From Piromyces finnis finn (lineage: Eukaryota > Fungi > Neocallimastigomycota), in contig MCFH01000062.1 in NCBI GenBank assembly GCA_002104945.1, positions 186,001 to 250,000 on the forward strand: DNA of 64,000 bases, given 5' to 3'. Made by a program: the position numbers and the translations under genes. The notes below the pieces were generated by a model. It worked only from the letters and a program-made list of their open reading frames with translations, was not told where the DNA came from and searched no databases. Of this stretch, positions 11,643 through 23,085 are shown piece by piece (positions within the stretch are counted from its first letter, which is position 1; the number at the start of each line of letters is the position of its first letter).

Positions 11643-12070
11643 TGTAACGAATCATAGAAATAAAGAAATTGTCTTAGTGGTTAGTAACTAAGACTTTGGT
11701 CCGAATGTCTTGAGTTCGAGACTTCTAAATTACTTTTTTTTTATTTTTATTTTAATTTTTTTATTTTGATTTTTTATCAACTCGAAATTCTTTGATTGGT
11801 TAAGAAATTTAAGTTGTAAAAAATCTTTTAGATTAATTTTAAAAATTTTTATATAAATACGAGTGGATTTTTCTAAATTTAAAAAAAATTGAGTTTTTAT
11901 TAATTAATAAATTATTGTTAAACACTAACCTATTAAGTTAAAATTTGTGTGTTTTTAATAATAATTTTAAATATTAATAATTAACAGTAAGATAAAAGTG
12001 TTTTATATTTACTAAGTTATTTTAGTAAATTGTTATAAATTTTTTATTGTTAAGAACACATTTCTTTACA
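11643..12070 (+). repeat. Probable 3' LTR of the outer chromovirus (~428 bp)
   Basis: Follows the PPT and has TGTAA...TTACA termini. The right end coincides with the abrupt stop of ORF 12066-13166. No second copy in the window to confirm it. Confidence 0.65.
11671..11742 (+). other. tRNA(Gln/His)-like sequence with A-box/B-box and oligo-T inside the LTR
   Basis: TAGTGGTTAGTA (D-loop-like), CTTTGGT (anticodon-loop-like), GAGTTCGAGAC (B-box-like), then a T-run. The anticodon and acceptor stems do not pair properly. Confidence 0.4.
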
Positions 12071-13166
12071 TATATGAACTCCAATTAGATTCATCTACTA
12101 TTTCACCACCATCTGATCTTGAGTGTGAATTTTCCTCACTTACGGTAAAAGTATAAGATTCATCATGAGTCGTAGTGTGAGTATAATCATATGAGTTGGT
12201 ATTAGAACTAGACTCTGTATTAACTACAGTATGAACATTTTCAAGAGCAACAGAACCTCCTTCGGATTTAGAATATGAAACTGAACTACCCCTTGCTAGA
12301 GCTCTTGCCAATTCTAATGACGATCCAATTTCATCAGTAATGGCATCTCCTTCACCATAAGAATATCCGAAACCTTGATGGTATGCTGTACCTTTACTAC
12401 TAGAGATGGTTATTGTATTTTGAATATTATGAGTATATGCAACAGCACATGTCATACTAGATTTATCCATATTATTAACCGAAATATTACAATCTCTAAA
12501 GTCATTATCTTCATCATTTTGCAATTCAAAATTATTCAATTTCTTTTCTTTGTAAGGAGCACCTAATATTGTAATAACATTGGGTCCCATAGAATTTTCA
12601 GCATGAATTAATAAAGGGTGATAAGGATTATATGCTGGATTTTTACTAGTTAAAGAAACACTATTTGTTCTATCATTTATCAATTTATCTAATAAATTCT
12701 TATAATATTCTTTGTATTCTTCTAAAGTACGATGTCTAAATATACCTTCATTTTCTTTATCTATCAATTTTTCATCTACTTTATCATTGGCAGTAGTAGA
12801 GTCAGATTTTATGTCATCATTATTATTATTATCAGAGTCTAGTTTTGTTTCATTGTCATCGGATCTTTTATCCAATTTATCAGATTTAAAAACAGTAAAA
12901 TATTCACCCATATTATTAACAATTTTATCTTCTCCACACACACCGACACCGACCCATTCAGGTCCAATATATTTTGCATAATTTTCTATATTATCAAAAT
13001 AAACTGTTTCATTTTGAGAATTAATATAAAATGGATTAACCATTTTATACACATTATTTTTAGTATATATACAAAACTCGCGGTCAGTGTCCGGTAGCTT
13101 TACATTATTAAGTGTATTACATATAACACTTAAAATGTTAATAATAAAAAATAAATATTTTAACAT
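12066..13166 (-). CDS. Secreted protein with a Ser/Thr-rich alternating beta-strand region (aerolysin/ETX-MTX2-like candidate), 3'-truncated by the LTR
   Basis: Signal peptide, DKR dibasic site, and a TITISSSKG..SYSYGEG..SVSYSKSEGGSV pattern. The stop codon is supplied by the LTR terminus (A|TG TAA). Family assignment is inferred. Confidence 0.55.
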   Translation of the reverse strand: MLKYLFFIINILSVICNTLNNVKLPDTDREFCIYTKNNVYKMVNPFYINSQNETVYFDNIENYAKYIGPEWVGVGVCGEDKIVNNMGEYFTVFKSDKLDKRSDDNETKLDSDNNNNDDIKSDSTTANDKVDEKLIDKENEGIFRHRTLEEYKEYYKNLLDKLINDRTNSVSLTSKNPAYNPYHPLLIHAENSMGPNVITILGAPYKEKKLNNFELQNDEDNDFRDCNISVNNMDKSSMTCAVAYTHNIQNTITISSSKGTAYHQGFGYSYGEGDAITDEIGSSLELARALARGSSVSYSKSEGGSVALENVHTVVNTESSSNTNSYDYTHTTTHDESYTFTVSEENSHSRSDGGEIVDESNWSSYM

Positions 13167-13343
13167 TATTTAATTTTTTAATAAATTAAAAATAAAAGGG
13201 ACTATAAATCATTTTATAAATATGTAATTTTTTTTTAAAATATATATATATAGATTTAGAATATTGTTTTAAAAAAATATAATTTTTGGAATTATTTCCA
13301 ATAATTACATTTTTATATAATCTGACCTATTTATCACTATTAG

Positions 13344-13490
13344 TTATTTATTTATTTATTTATTTCATTTATTTATTTATTTATTTATTTCATTTATTTA
13401 TTTATTTCATTTATTTATTTATTTATTTATTTCATTTATTTATTTATTTCATTTATTTATTTATTTATTTATTTCATTTATTTATTTATT
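13344..13490. repeat. (TTTA)n microsatellite with periodic TTTCA variants
   Basis: Direct inspection. Confidence 0.9.
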
Positions 13491-13504
13491 TTAATGTTAA
13501 TATT

Positions 13505-16500
13505 TTAATATAAAAATTTTATATATTTTGTATTTCTTTTATTTTTGTTATTTAGTTTTTGACCATTATTAATACGGTTATTACCATTATGCTTTGAATT
13601 AGAAGTACCAGTAGAAATATTAGTATTTTTATTTCCAGTTATAGTTGTTGTACCCTTATTAATGGATGATGATTTTGGTAAATCATTGCGAATTTTATTA
13701 TTACTTAAATTATTTTGATTAGAATTCTTATTGTATTTCATAGCATTCTCTAATTTATTAACATCATTGTTGTTATAATCATTATTTCCAGAAGAACTTT
13801 TAAATTCTATAGCTTTTAATGCATCCATGCTAATTTTATTGTATGCTAATGAATGATCATATATAGTCTTGAATACATCATCAGAAACTTTGCCTGAAAC
13901 CTTTATAACTTCATTTTTGTGAAAATCAACATAATTATTCATTTGTTTAACAATCTTATTTTTTAATTTTTCATCTTTAGTATTTAAAGCCATTTCTTTT
14001 GCTTTATTAATAATTGTTTCCGAACTTTCATTATCTGTATCGGTTAACTCGGCTAATTTTCCAAGGCTTTTTTCCATTCTTTGCTTAGTTTGATCATACG
14101 TTTCTAATCTTTTAATACATTTATTTTTTAAATGTGTAATAAAATGCTTCTCATTAAGTAATTTATTCATATCATCCACTTCATTTTTTATTCGGTAAAA
14201 GGAAGATTCATGGATAGTTAATTTATATTTCATTCCAAAACTACGTTCCAATTGCATAATTTGATAGTTATTACTAGAATTATCCACAAATGTAACAATA
14301 GCTTCGTGTTTCGATTCTACCACATCTCTAATTATACTTTTTAAATCACGTTCAACTGGTTCGTAAATAGAATAACTACCAAAGGTATAATAATAATTTC
14401 CATTACTAGGATCAATATAATCTGATAAACTTTTACCATTTCTAAGTTTGAATATACTTGGATGGGATTTGGCTATCTCATCAAAGGTATCCATCATTAA
14501 CTTAACACGAATATAATTTAGTCTATTGGATAATTCCCCACCGTTATTTAAATCGATTTTTTGGAAATTTTCAAGTTTAACATTATTGTCAATAGAAAAA
14601 TCAATCAACTCATTAAAATTGTTAGATAATTCAATTAAATGATCGGCTTCTTCATAACGTCCTTCCGGAGATTCATAGTTATTAAACTTTTTAATTTTCT
14701 CGTTAATTCCATCTCTCACCATTTCTAACTTACTCATGGTCTTTCCATATTCATTTTCATCACCCATAGTGTCAAGTAACCGATGCTTCAAATAGGTAAA
14801 ATAATCATTTACATACATTTTATAATTATGATCATTTATAATGCTATTACTGTCGATGCTTTTAACCAGATAATCTAAATTTAATATATTTTGCGATTTA
14901 ATATCACTCTTGTTTATATCACCAATCTTGGAATTATAGTTACTTCTTAAATTCTTAATTTCATCATCTTCGAAATTATTTGATAGAATAGTATACAATG
15001 AATTGCTTAATGTATAAACAGCTTCTGAATTATTTTCAAATTCTTTTCCATTGTTTTTTGCTATCTCATTATTTTTCCTATCAAAAATTTCTTCAATTTC
15101 TGCAATGTCTTTGTATACACCTAACAACTCATCTCTTTGATAGCTCTTATCATTTTCATCTATCTCATACGATTCTAACTTTATGCGCAAATATTCTAAT
15201 TCACTTTCTCTATTATCACTGAAAATTTTACTCACTCCAGCATTACCACTATTTTCCATATTTTCTTTCATTCCGTTATTGAACTCATTACCATCGGATT
15301 TTCCTACAATATATAATAATTTATTGTATATGTTATGTAACATATCATTGACATATTTAGACTTTGGATCGGCATTCGCTTGATAGTCAACAGTACTTTC
15401 TATTTTATTACCATCATTATCTAACATGTTTTCGTTAAATTTTTGATTATGCAATTCAAGATTTATTTCGAATAAATTGCTTAAATTACGAAGCGATTCC
15501 TTATTTAAAAATTTAATATTAACATCTTCCAAATATTCGGATTTCGCATATTGTTTAGAAAGAATATTAATAGACTCATACAAATTAATCAATATCCCCT
15601 TACTTTCTTCGGAATTACTAATACTAGCTATATTCGTTTTATAGCTTTCTAAAGACTTTTCAATTACACTTACTACCGTAGTCGCACCTTTGTACAAACT
15701 TTCAGGATCTTGGATACTACTTTCATCATCTTTCACTACAACATTTTCAGAGTCAAATGGTTTAAGATATTTTAAGGATTTTAATATCTTCTCATCTAAA
15801 TTCATTTGTCCATCAGCATCATTATTGGATTCGTTTGAATTTTCAATATTTGAACTGGTATCCCTTAATTCAATATCAATTACTTTTAAATCGTTTTCTG
15901 AAGGCTTAATATCTTCATCAATATCCATATCATTTATTCTTGCTACTGTATTGTATAAAATATGAACTACTTCTGAATTCAAAGAAGTTTCATCATTCTT
16001 ATATAACTCTATTTTGTTAATACTTCTAAGGTCATCTAAATCATTATATATTGTATCGATATCTTCAATTTCTCCTACATTACTCAACTTATCACATAAA
16101 TTTTGTATTGCTGATTTTGAATTATCAGACTTTAATATTGAATCTGGATCAATTTCTGTAATTTCAGATAAGTGAATGATGATTTTCTTAAATTTTTCTT
16201 TAAACAACGATGATTGTGAATCAAATTCATCAAACGAATGTAAAGAATTGTCTTCAATACTTTCCTTATACTTATTTTCATGTGCTTTAACGGTGCTAAA
16301 ATATAATGAAATCATATTTTCTAATTCATTTCTAGTTATTTTAATATCACTATATTTATTTGCATAATTAGAATCTCTTAATACTAAAACGTAATCATTA
16401 ACTATATTATTAAACTTACTGACAAACTCTTCACTTTGTTCTTTATCAAATAAATCTTGGTTTTCAGTATACGTCTTAACAATATTACTCCATAATTCAT

Positions 16501-19138
16501 CCATTGAGTTAGCACCTTTATATAAGGAATTTATATCTTTCATATCGTATTTATCAGTATCAACTGGTAATATGTTGGGATCTAATTTCATATCTTTAAA
16601 TGTTCTTAGGATTTCTAGGGTTGTGGATGAAATTTGAATATCAGTTTCTACTTTCAATTGATTACAAAATTTACAAGATTCACCTCCACTTCTTTTCGCT
16701 AATTTATTTTTGCATTGGTTGAATACTGCATTGTAACTACTCTTACTATAAGCTACTTTGGATAAACTACTAGCTGCTGAATGTTCAATAAAATGGGGTC
16801 CATCATTTATAATATTAACAAACTTATATTTATCTTCTGCTCCAATATTTATATTAACAGGATAGGTTTTTTCTATAAAGTTTTGGGTTGCTAAATGCCC
16901 AATAATTGTAAATTCGTCCTTTTCAGCGTTTTTAGTATTTTTTCTAGCTGTCAAAAATTTTAATCTATTGTTTATATCAGATAATTTAGTATTTAATATA
17001 CTTGTCATTTTTTCTTTAACTGATTTACTACTCCTTGCTTTTTCATATTCACTTTCTATTAACAAACTTTTTTGCTCTTCATAAAATCTGTCAAAATTTC
17101 CGTTTGTATTTATAATATAGTTTCTCATCATTTCACTATTTTTAGCTGTATTACCTATTTTTTCCAATTCATCGTAATTCTCATCTTCATAACCATTTTT
17201 AAATTCATTATAAAATGTGCTTATAACATTTTTTTTACTCGATTTTTTATCTAAGAAATCTATAAAGTCAAAAATGTTCTCTTGCACAAAATCATCTATA
17301 TTTTTTTCACTATTTGAATTTTTGTAATTTTCATATTTGCTTAGATTTTCTTCTATATTAATATAAGTATTCTTCATTTTGTTTAATTTGTCTTTATTTT
17401 CGTTAAAAAAATTTTCAAAAATTGATTTTTTTTGTTCTTCAAATTTCGCTTTTATATGTGCTTCTTTCGCGTTATTATATATTTTATTTAAATCACTTTC
17501 ATGATTTCTTTCATACCTTTCTTTATGCGATTCATAACCACTACTGATACTTGTACTTAACTCCATCAATTCATATTTTAGATTATCATCTAAACTATCA
17601 AACGTAGGGTAATTTGTTTCAAAAGATACTTTGAAATCACGGTTACTTAAAAAATAAATTTCATTAGTCAGCAATTTTTTTAACTCATCCTTTTCATTTT
17701 GCTTTTGCTTTTGGTTTTTAGAAAAACTTTTATAAAATGTATCTAATATATTTATAATGTCTTGATTAACATTATTCATATTTAACTCTTTGTTTTCTAT
17801 TTCTTTTATAATCTCTGGAATATTAATATTCATACTATTAAATTCGCTGATTTTATTATGAAGATTTGAATGTTCATTACTTCGAGCTTCTATAAACTTA
17901 GATGCCTCTTCTTCAATACCAATATAATCTGTATTGGAATAATAACATAATAAATTATCATCGCTTTTATAAATATTACTATCAAACAATTTTTCATTTA
18001 ATTGATTATCAATTCTATTACCATTTTCGTCTGAAACTATATAATCCTCAGGATTGTAAGACGGTGGTTGCTGTGTTGGAAGTATATTTCTAGTAGTAAG
18101 AATTATACCACAATCTGGAATTATACTAATATCATCCCCTTTAATATAAGCATCATTATATATGTTTTTGGAAGATTTACCATATCCTTGAATTATGTCA
18201 TTTAAATCGTTTAATGATTCATTGTCATAACTATTCATAATATATTGACCGTTATTATTTTTTAATTGAAACGCATGTATATTATTATTAAGACTAACAA
18301 TAAAATATAAATTATCATTAGAATCATCTTTGATTAAACTGTATGTTGGATTAGAATTATCAAATAAAATTTTGCAAGTTTGTAATTGATGACATTGTGA
18401 TGCTACATCTTTAAAATAATTAACAATATAACTGTTGGAATGATTATTATCATATTGTGGTGCAAAAGGAACATTGTTTTTAATAGCATCTCTAAATTTA
18501 ATTTTATTAGAGTTTATATTACTATCTTTTCTATAAAAAGATAACGTAGTCATGTCATTTTCACCGTTAATTAATCCAATACCATCAGTATTCAATTTTC
18601 TAAATACATCCAAATTTTCAAAATGCGTTTTAACCAGTTCATTATTATTATCAGCATTGTTATTATTATTAGCATTGTTATTATTATTAGCATTGTTATT
18701 ATTAGTTTCAGTTCTAAAGGCATCAAATAATGTGCTCTCAATAGTTAATCCTAATCTATGAATAGCTAATTTTTCAGCTTTTTTATACAACTCTTTAAAT
18801 TTGATTTCAATTCTTTGATTTAGCTCATTTTCATTATTATAATTGTCCTCTTTAATCTTTCTTAAACTTGGAATAATATCAACTATATCTTTTTCTACTT
18901 TATTACTTGGATCTTTACTAATATTAATTTTCATATATTCAAGATTTGCATCCTTAACTATATTTCCATCATGATCTCCAGCAGATAAAATTAATAATGC
19001 CAATTGAATATCTAAATGATTGTAAGGACTACAATATATTTTAGTAATAATTACTAAAATCAAAATAAACCATTTAATTATTCTCATCTTTAATTTATTA
19101 AAGATTTTATATAAATAAAAATAAAATATTATAATCAT
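13505..19138 (-). CDS. Very large (1877 aa; likely start MRIIKW at ~19087) secreted N/K/E-rich protein of unknown function
   Basis: Uninterrupted intronless ORF with a hydrophobic N-terminus, a KR site followed by CKFC, and a low-complexity Asn-rich C-terminus. No domain recognised. Confidence 0.85.
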   Translation of the reverse strand: MIIIFYFYLYKIFNKLKMRIIKWFILILVIITKIYCSPYNHLDIQLALLILSAGDHDGNIVKDANLEYMKINISKDPSNKVEKDIVDIIPSLRKIKEDNYNNENELNQRIEIKFKELYKKAEKLAIHRLGLTIESTLFDAFRTETNNNNANNNNNANNNNNADNNNELVKTHFENLDVFRKLNTDGIGLINGENDMTTLSFYRKDSNINSNKIKFRDAIKNNVPFAPQYDNNHSNSYIVNYFKDVASQCHQLQTCKILFDNSNPTYSLIKDDSNDNLYFIVSLNNNIHAFQLKNNNGQYIMNSYDNESLNDLNDIIQGYGKSSKNIYNDAYIKGDDISIIPDCGIILTTRNILPTQQPPSYNPEDYIVSDENGNRIDNQLNEKLFDSNIYKSDDNLLCYYSNTDYIGIEEEASKFIEARSNEHSNLHNKISEFNSMNINIPEIIKEIENKELNMNNVNQDIINILDTFYKSFSKNQKQKQNEKDELKKLLTNEIYFLSNRDFKVSFETNYPTFDSLDDNLKYELMELSTSISSGYESHKERYERNHESDLNKIYNNAKEAHIKAKFEEQKKSIFENFFNENKDKLNKMKNTYINIEENLSKYENYKNSNSEKNIDDFVQENIFDFIDFLDKKSSKKNVISTFYNEFKNGYEDENYDELEKIGNTAKNSEMMRNYIINTNGNFDRFYEEQKSLLIESEYEKARSSKSVKEKMTSILNTKLSDINNRLKFLTARKNTKNAEKDEFTIIGHLATQNFIEKTYPVNINIGAEDKYKFVNIINDGPHFIEHSAASSLSKVAYSKSSYNAVFNQCKNKLAKRSGGESCKFCNQLKVETDIQISSTTLEILRTFKDMKLDPNILPVDTDKYDMKDINSLYKGANSMDELWSNIVKTYTENQDLFDKEQSEEFVSKFNNIVNDYVLVLRDSNYANKYSDIKITRNELENMISLYFSTVKAHENKYKESIEDNSLHSFDEFDSQSSLFKEKFKKIIIHLSEITEIDPDSILKSDNSKSAIQNLCDKLSNVGEIEDIDTIYNDLDDLRSINKIELYKNDETSLNSEVVHILYNTVARINDMDIDEDIKPSENDLKVIDIELRDTSSNIENSNESNNDADGQMNLDEKILKSLKYLKPFDSENVVVKDDESSIQDPESLYKGATTVVSVIEKSLESYKTNIASISNSEESKGILINLYESINILSKQYAKSEYLEDVNIKFLNKESLRNLSNLFEINLELHNQKFNENMLDNDGNKIESTVDYQANADPKSKYVNDMLHNIYNKLLYIVGKSDGNEFNNGMKENMENSGNAGVSKIFSDNRESELEYLRIKLESYEIDENDKSYQRDELLGVYKDIAEIEEIFDRKNNEIAKNNGKEFENNSEAVYTLSNSLYTILSNNFEDDEIKNLRSNYNSKIGDINKSDIKSQNILNLDYLVKSIDSNSIINDHNYKMYVNDYFTYLKHRLLDTMGDENEYGKTMSKLEMVRDGINEKIKKFNNYESPEGRYEEADHLIELSNNFNELIDFSIDNNVKLENFQKIDLNNGGELSNRLNYIRVKLMMDTFDEIAKSHPSIFKLRNGKSLSDYIDPSNGNYYYTFGSYSIYEPVERDLKSIIRDVVESKHEAIVTFVDNSSNNYQIMQLERSFGMKYKLTIHESSFYRIKNEVDDMNKLLNEKHFITHLKNKCIKRLETYDQTKQRMEKSLGKLAELTDTDNESSETIINKAKEMALNTKDEKLKNKIVKQMNNYVDFHKNEVIKVSGKVSDDVFKTIYDHSLAYNKISMDALKAIEFKSSSGNNDYNNNDVNKLENAMKYNKNSNQNNLSNNKIRNDLPKSSSINKGTTTITGNKNTNISTGTSNSKHNGNNRINNGQKLNNKNKRNTKYIKFLY

Positions 19139-19314
19139 TTTATATTTATTATTTTATTTTGATATTTTAAAAAATATACATATATATTTGATATTAATTG
19201 GGAATTTTCAAGATGCATAAAAATTTAAATAAGATCTATTCATATAAAAAATACCTCAAGCATAATATTAAACAAATAAAACTATATTTTATTTATGTTA
19301 TTACCTTCATATCA

Positions 19315-20505
19315 TTATATTATATGACTAATTAAATGTTTAATATTATTTTCATTATTAGCTGAACGTGCTATACTTAATGGAGTATTACCATCATTAT
19401 CCATTTTATTTATATCTGCTCCATGTTCAAAAAAATAATCTATTATTAATTTACTTCCATAATAACAGATTTCATGAAAAGGTACTCTACCATTTTTATT
19501 TGCTTTATTTATATCTGCTCCATTCTCAATAAAATATGGTTTTAACCTTGAAATAGAAAGCTTAATATCTTTATGACAACTTATTAATAATGGTGTATTA
19601 CCATCATTATCAGCTATATTAACATCAGCACCACACTCTACCAATTTTTTTACCAATCTATCATCTCCGTATTTACAAGCTACAAGTAATGCTGTTTCAC
19701 CTTTATTATTTCGTATATTAATTTCTGCTCCATTTTCCAGTAATAACGGTATATAAAAATATTTTGTTGTATACCTACACAATTCTATTAATGGAGTATT
19801 TCCTTCATTATTAACTTTATTTATATCTAAGCCTTTTTCTATTAAAAAATTAAATAATTTTACATCATTATCACTACGTCTTTTACAAAATTTGTGTAAT
19901 AATGTATTTCCATAATTATCTACATCATATATCTTAGCTTTGTATTTATCAATTAGTAATTTTATAATATCAAGAGAAAGATTACATTTACATAAATATA
20001 ATAAAGCTGTTTCACCTACATTATTTCGGAAATTTACATTCGCCCCATAATCAAATAACATTTTTACTATTTCTTCATTATTACTGACACAAGCAATATA
20101 TAAAGGTGTAACAAAATAGTAATCAAAATTAAAAATATATCTATCAGCTATATAAAAATTAACAATAGAATTAGACTTTTTTTCTTTTTCTTTAATTAAT
20201 AATAGCTTTAGTTCTTTATTCGAAAACTGTGTTTTATTTTTGTAATAAATAAGTAAAGTTATTATAAAATCATTGTCAAACCTAAATTGTTTATCAAATT
20301 CATAATCTCTATCATATCTATAATTTTCAAATAATTCGCTCAATACATTTTTTAAATTTCTTGCTTCTCCATACATTACTAATTTGCAAATTAATTCTTT
20401 TATATTTTCAGAATTAAAATTTCCTTCATTATATATTTTGTAATGTTTAAGCAACTTTATTACCTCTGAATCTTCTTTATTCTTATAATACTCGATATTG
20501 TTCAT
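19315..20505 (-). CDS. Ankyrin-repeat protein (about 7 repeats) with a ~130-aa N-terminal domain
   Basis: Repeated G(N/E)T(P/A)L..AC / GADIN motifs. Confidence 0.92.
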   Translation of the reverse strand: MNNIEYYKNKEDSEVIKLLKHYKIYNEGNFNSENIKELICKLVMYGEARNLKNVLSELFENYRYDRDYEFDKQFRFDNDFIITLLIYYKNKTQFSNKELKLLLIKEKEKKSNSIVNFYIADRYIFNFDYYFVTPLYIACVSNNEEIVKMLFDYGANVNFRNNVGETALLYLCKCNLSLDIIKLLIDKYKAKIYDVDNYGNTLLHKFCKRRSDNDVKLFNFLIEKGLDINKVNNEGNTPLIELCRYTTKYFYIPLLLENGAEINIRNNKGETALLVACKYGDDRLVKKLVECGADVNIADNDGNTPLLISCHKDIKLSISRLKPYFIENGADINKANKNGRVPFHEICYYGSKLIIDYFFEHGADINKMDNDGNTPLSIARSANNENNIKHLISHII

Positions 20506-21317
20506 ATTCCGAAAATATTATTATAACATGCAATATTATTTATATTTCGAAAAGAGTAAATATATAAAACAATAAACAAAACTTATACCTATATATTATT
20601 TCTATTAATAAAAATCATTTTAAAACTAGATATAAAAAAAAAATAAAGACTTTATTTTTTTGAATTTTGTTACATTTTTGGAAATTAATAATATTTTATT
20701 TTATTTAAATATTTTAATTAAATGATTTATATTATAATATATTATAATACATTTTATTTAATGTAAATCATTAATTTAAATTTAATTAAATAATTTACTC
20801 ATTATATAATATATAATAATTTATATTGTATTGTATATTTATTTATAAAAAAAAATAATATTTACATTTTTATTAATGTGCCAAAGCAAAATTTTATTTT
20901 TTGTATAATATGAACAATATTATCATCTAGTGATATTTTTTTACATGAATGTGGATATGAATGTAGATGGATTTAATTAATGTAATTCAAAGTAATTAAT
21001 ATCAATGTATTATTCATAAAATAAATTTAAATAATAGAAAGTAATATAATATATTAATAATAATATAATATAATATAATAAATTGTTTTACTAATTTGAA
21101 TAAAACAACAGTAATATTAGTAATATTACTAATTCTATTTTTATAAAGTATTTTATAAACTGATTTAATAAAAATATAATTAAAACATAAATTATAAAAA
21201 AAATATTATTATTAATAATATTAAATTAAAATATTTAAATATCATCGAAAAAAAAAATAGTAGTAATAAAAAAAAAAGTAGTATTGATATTTTTAAATAA
21301 GTAAAAAAGAAAAAAAA

Positions 21318-22031
21318 ATGAAAACTTTTAATCTTTTAATACTTATCTTAATTACAACAATAGCTTCAACTTTTGCTAACTCTACCTTTTTTTCTAATTT
21401 GTTAAAAAGAGATAATTTTGTTGACTCTGAAACCAGTGCTATTTCTGAAGAATGTATCGAAGAAAACAATAATTCCGAATATAGTAACGACTGTATGCCT
21501 ATCATTACTATTGGAAATTATAAAGAAGCTTGCTCTAATATCAAATCTGAAAAATGTCAAGCATTCTATAATGATCCATTAAAGTACTTCCCAATTTGCA
21601 GTAAAATTCCTCAATTTGTAGAAGCAATGCAACCCCTTATAATTAGGGATTTAGTACAAGGCTTAGAAAGTAAATGTTTCACCGATGAAAATAATGAGTT
21701 ATGTCCATTCTCTATATATGCAATCACATTAACTGGTGAAGATGAAGCTTTATCAGACACATGTAAATCAAAAAAATGTACTGAATCTTTAATTAAGTCT
21801 TTCAAAGAAATTAATGTCGACCGCTTTGCTGCTTACGAAAATTTATCATTTACTACTGAAAGTTATACTTATCAAGATATAAATTCTATCAAAAATTCAA
21901 TTTCTTTCTTAGAATCTGATAAATGCAAATCTTCTCATGAAACAAGTGATGCAGGCGATTATATTACTACTAAAATTACTACTGTTTTATTACCTTTATT
22001 AATTTTAACCTTATTATTATTCTTATATTAA
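21318..22031 (+). CDS. Secreted Cys-rich protein with a GPI/TM-like C-terminal tail
   Basis: Signal peptide, LKR processing site, ~9 Cys, and the hydrophobic tail TVLLPLLILTLLLFLY. Confidence 0.85.
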   Translation: MKTFNLLILILITTIASTFANSTFFSNLLKRDNFVDSETSAISEECIEENNNSEYSNDCMPIITIGNYKEACSNIKSEKCQAFYNDPLKYFPICSKIPQFVEAMQPLIIRDLVQGLESKCFTDENNELCPFSIYAITLTGEDEALSDTCKSKKCTESLIKSFKEINVDRFAAYENLSFTTESYTYQDINSIKNSISFLESDKCKSSHETSDAGDYITTKITTVLLPLLILTLLLFLY

Positions 22032-23085
22032 ATAAAATTAAAATTACTATCATATACATATAAATATTAAAATATTATATATAAAAGAATTATAATAATT
22101 AATTCAATGACCTTTTAATAACTCTATTTATACTTTTATAAATATAATTATTTGGTTTTATTAATATTTATTTATAATATAAGGTGTTGTTGTACTAATT
22201 TTATATATCTTTAATATTTAAAATAAAAATATTAATAAATAATATATTTTTATTTATTACATGGATAATAAAATTTAAAACTATTAAAAATTTGTTTTTT
22301 TTTTTTTTTTTTAAAATAGTATAAATATATATATATTCTATTTTTTTTATATTAAATTAATTATTTCTATACATTTTTTTTTTATAAAAAAAATTTCTAT
22401 AATAATTGGTTTTACTCATTAATAGTATAGTAATAAATATAATTATTTAAAGCAGTCATTTTTATAATGAAAATATAGAAATATAATATGAAGTATTTTA
22501 TTACAAAATTAATTTTTTTTTTTAAAAAAAAAAGCTACTTTAAATATGATAAATATTTAATAAAAATATAAGAAGAAATAACTTTTAACAATTTAATATT
22601 TCATTATTTATTATAATTATCATTTTTATTGTTATAGACTATTGTTTATCAAATGTCATTACCATTATTAGAATAATAGAATAATATAATTAATATTATT
22701 ATTAATAGTACAATTATACATTATACCTTATTCCTAGGTATCGCTTGATATTAAAGTATTATATATCGTTAATTTAATATTTTTATTTTTAATTTTTTAT
22801 ATTACATGTATTATAATTTTAATTAAATTAATAATAAAGTTTAAAATATTTGATGCCGTTAAAAAAATTTAATATTTTATAGTTATAAATATATAAATTC
22901 TTATTTTAAAAAAATACTATTTTAAAAGATTTTAACAAAGTTCTATTTATTATACTTCTTTTTAATATATATAATATGTATAGAATGTTATATATATATA
23001 TGTGAATATCTATTGCCTATTATATTTTATTATATTAATTTACATTAATATATTTATATTATATATAATTTATATATTCTATGGA

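Larger units (their letters stand above)
1..12070 (+). mobile_element. Older, decayed Ty3/gypsy chromovirus (5' end outside window), interrupted at 941-7921 by nested insertions
   Basis: Gag/protease at 2-940 continues at 7927 with the rest of protease, then RT (YIDD), RNase H, integrase and chromodomain to 11394. PPT GAGGAGGG at 11632-11639, then an LTR starting TGTAAC at 11643. Confidence 0.9.

Noticed and set aside
11671-11742. Functional tRNA gene
   Set aside because: The anticodon and acceptor stems do not pair. Reported only as tRNA-like.
13286-13513. Hydrophobic 75-aa ORF
   Set aside because: It is a translation of the TTTA microsatellite.
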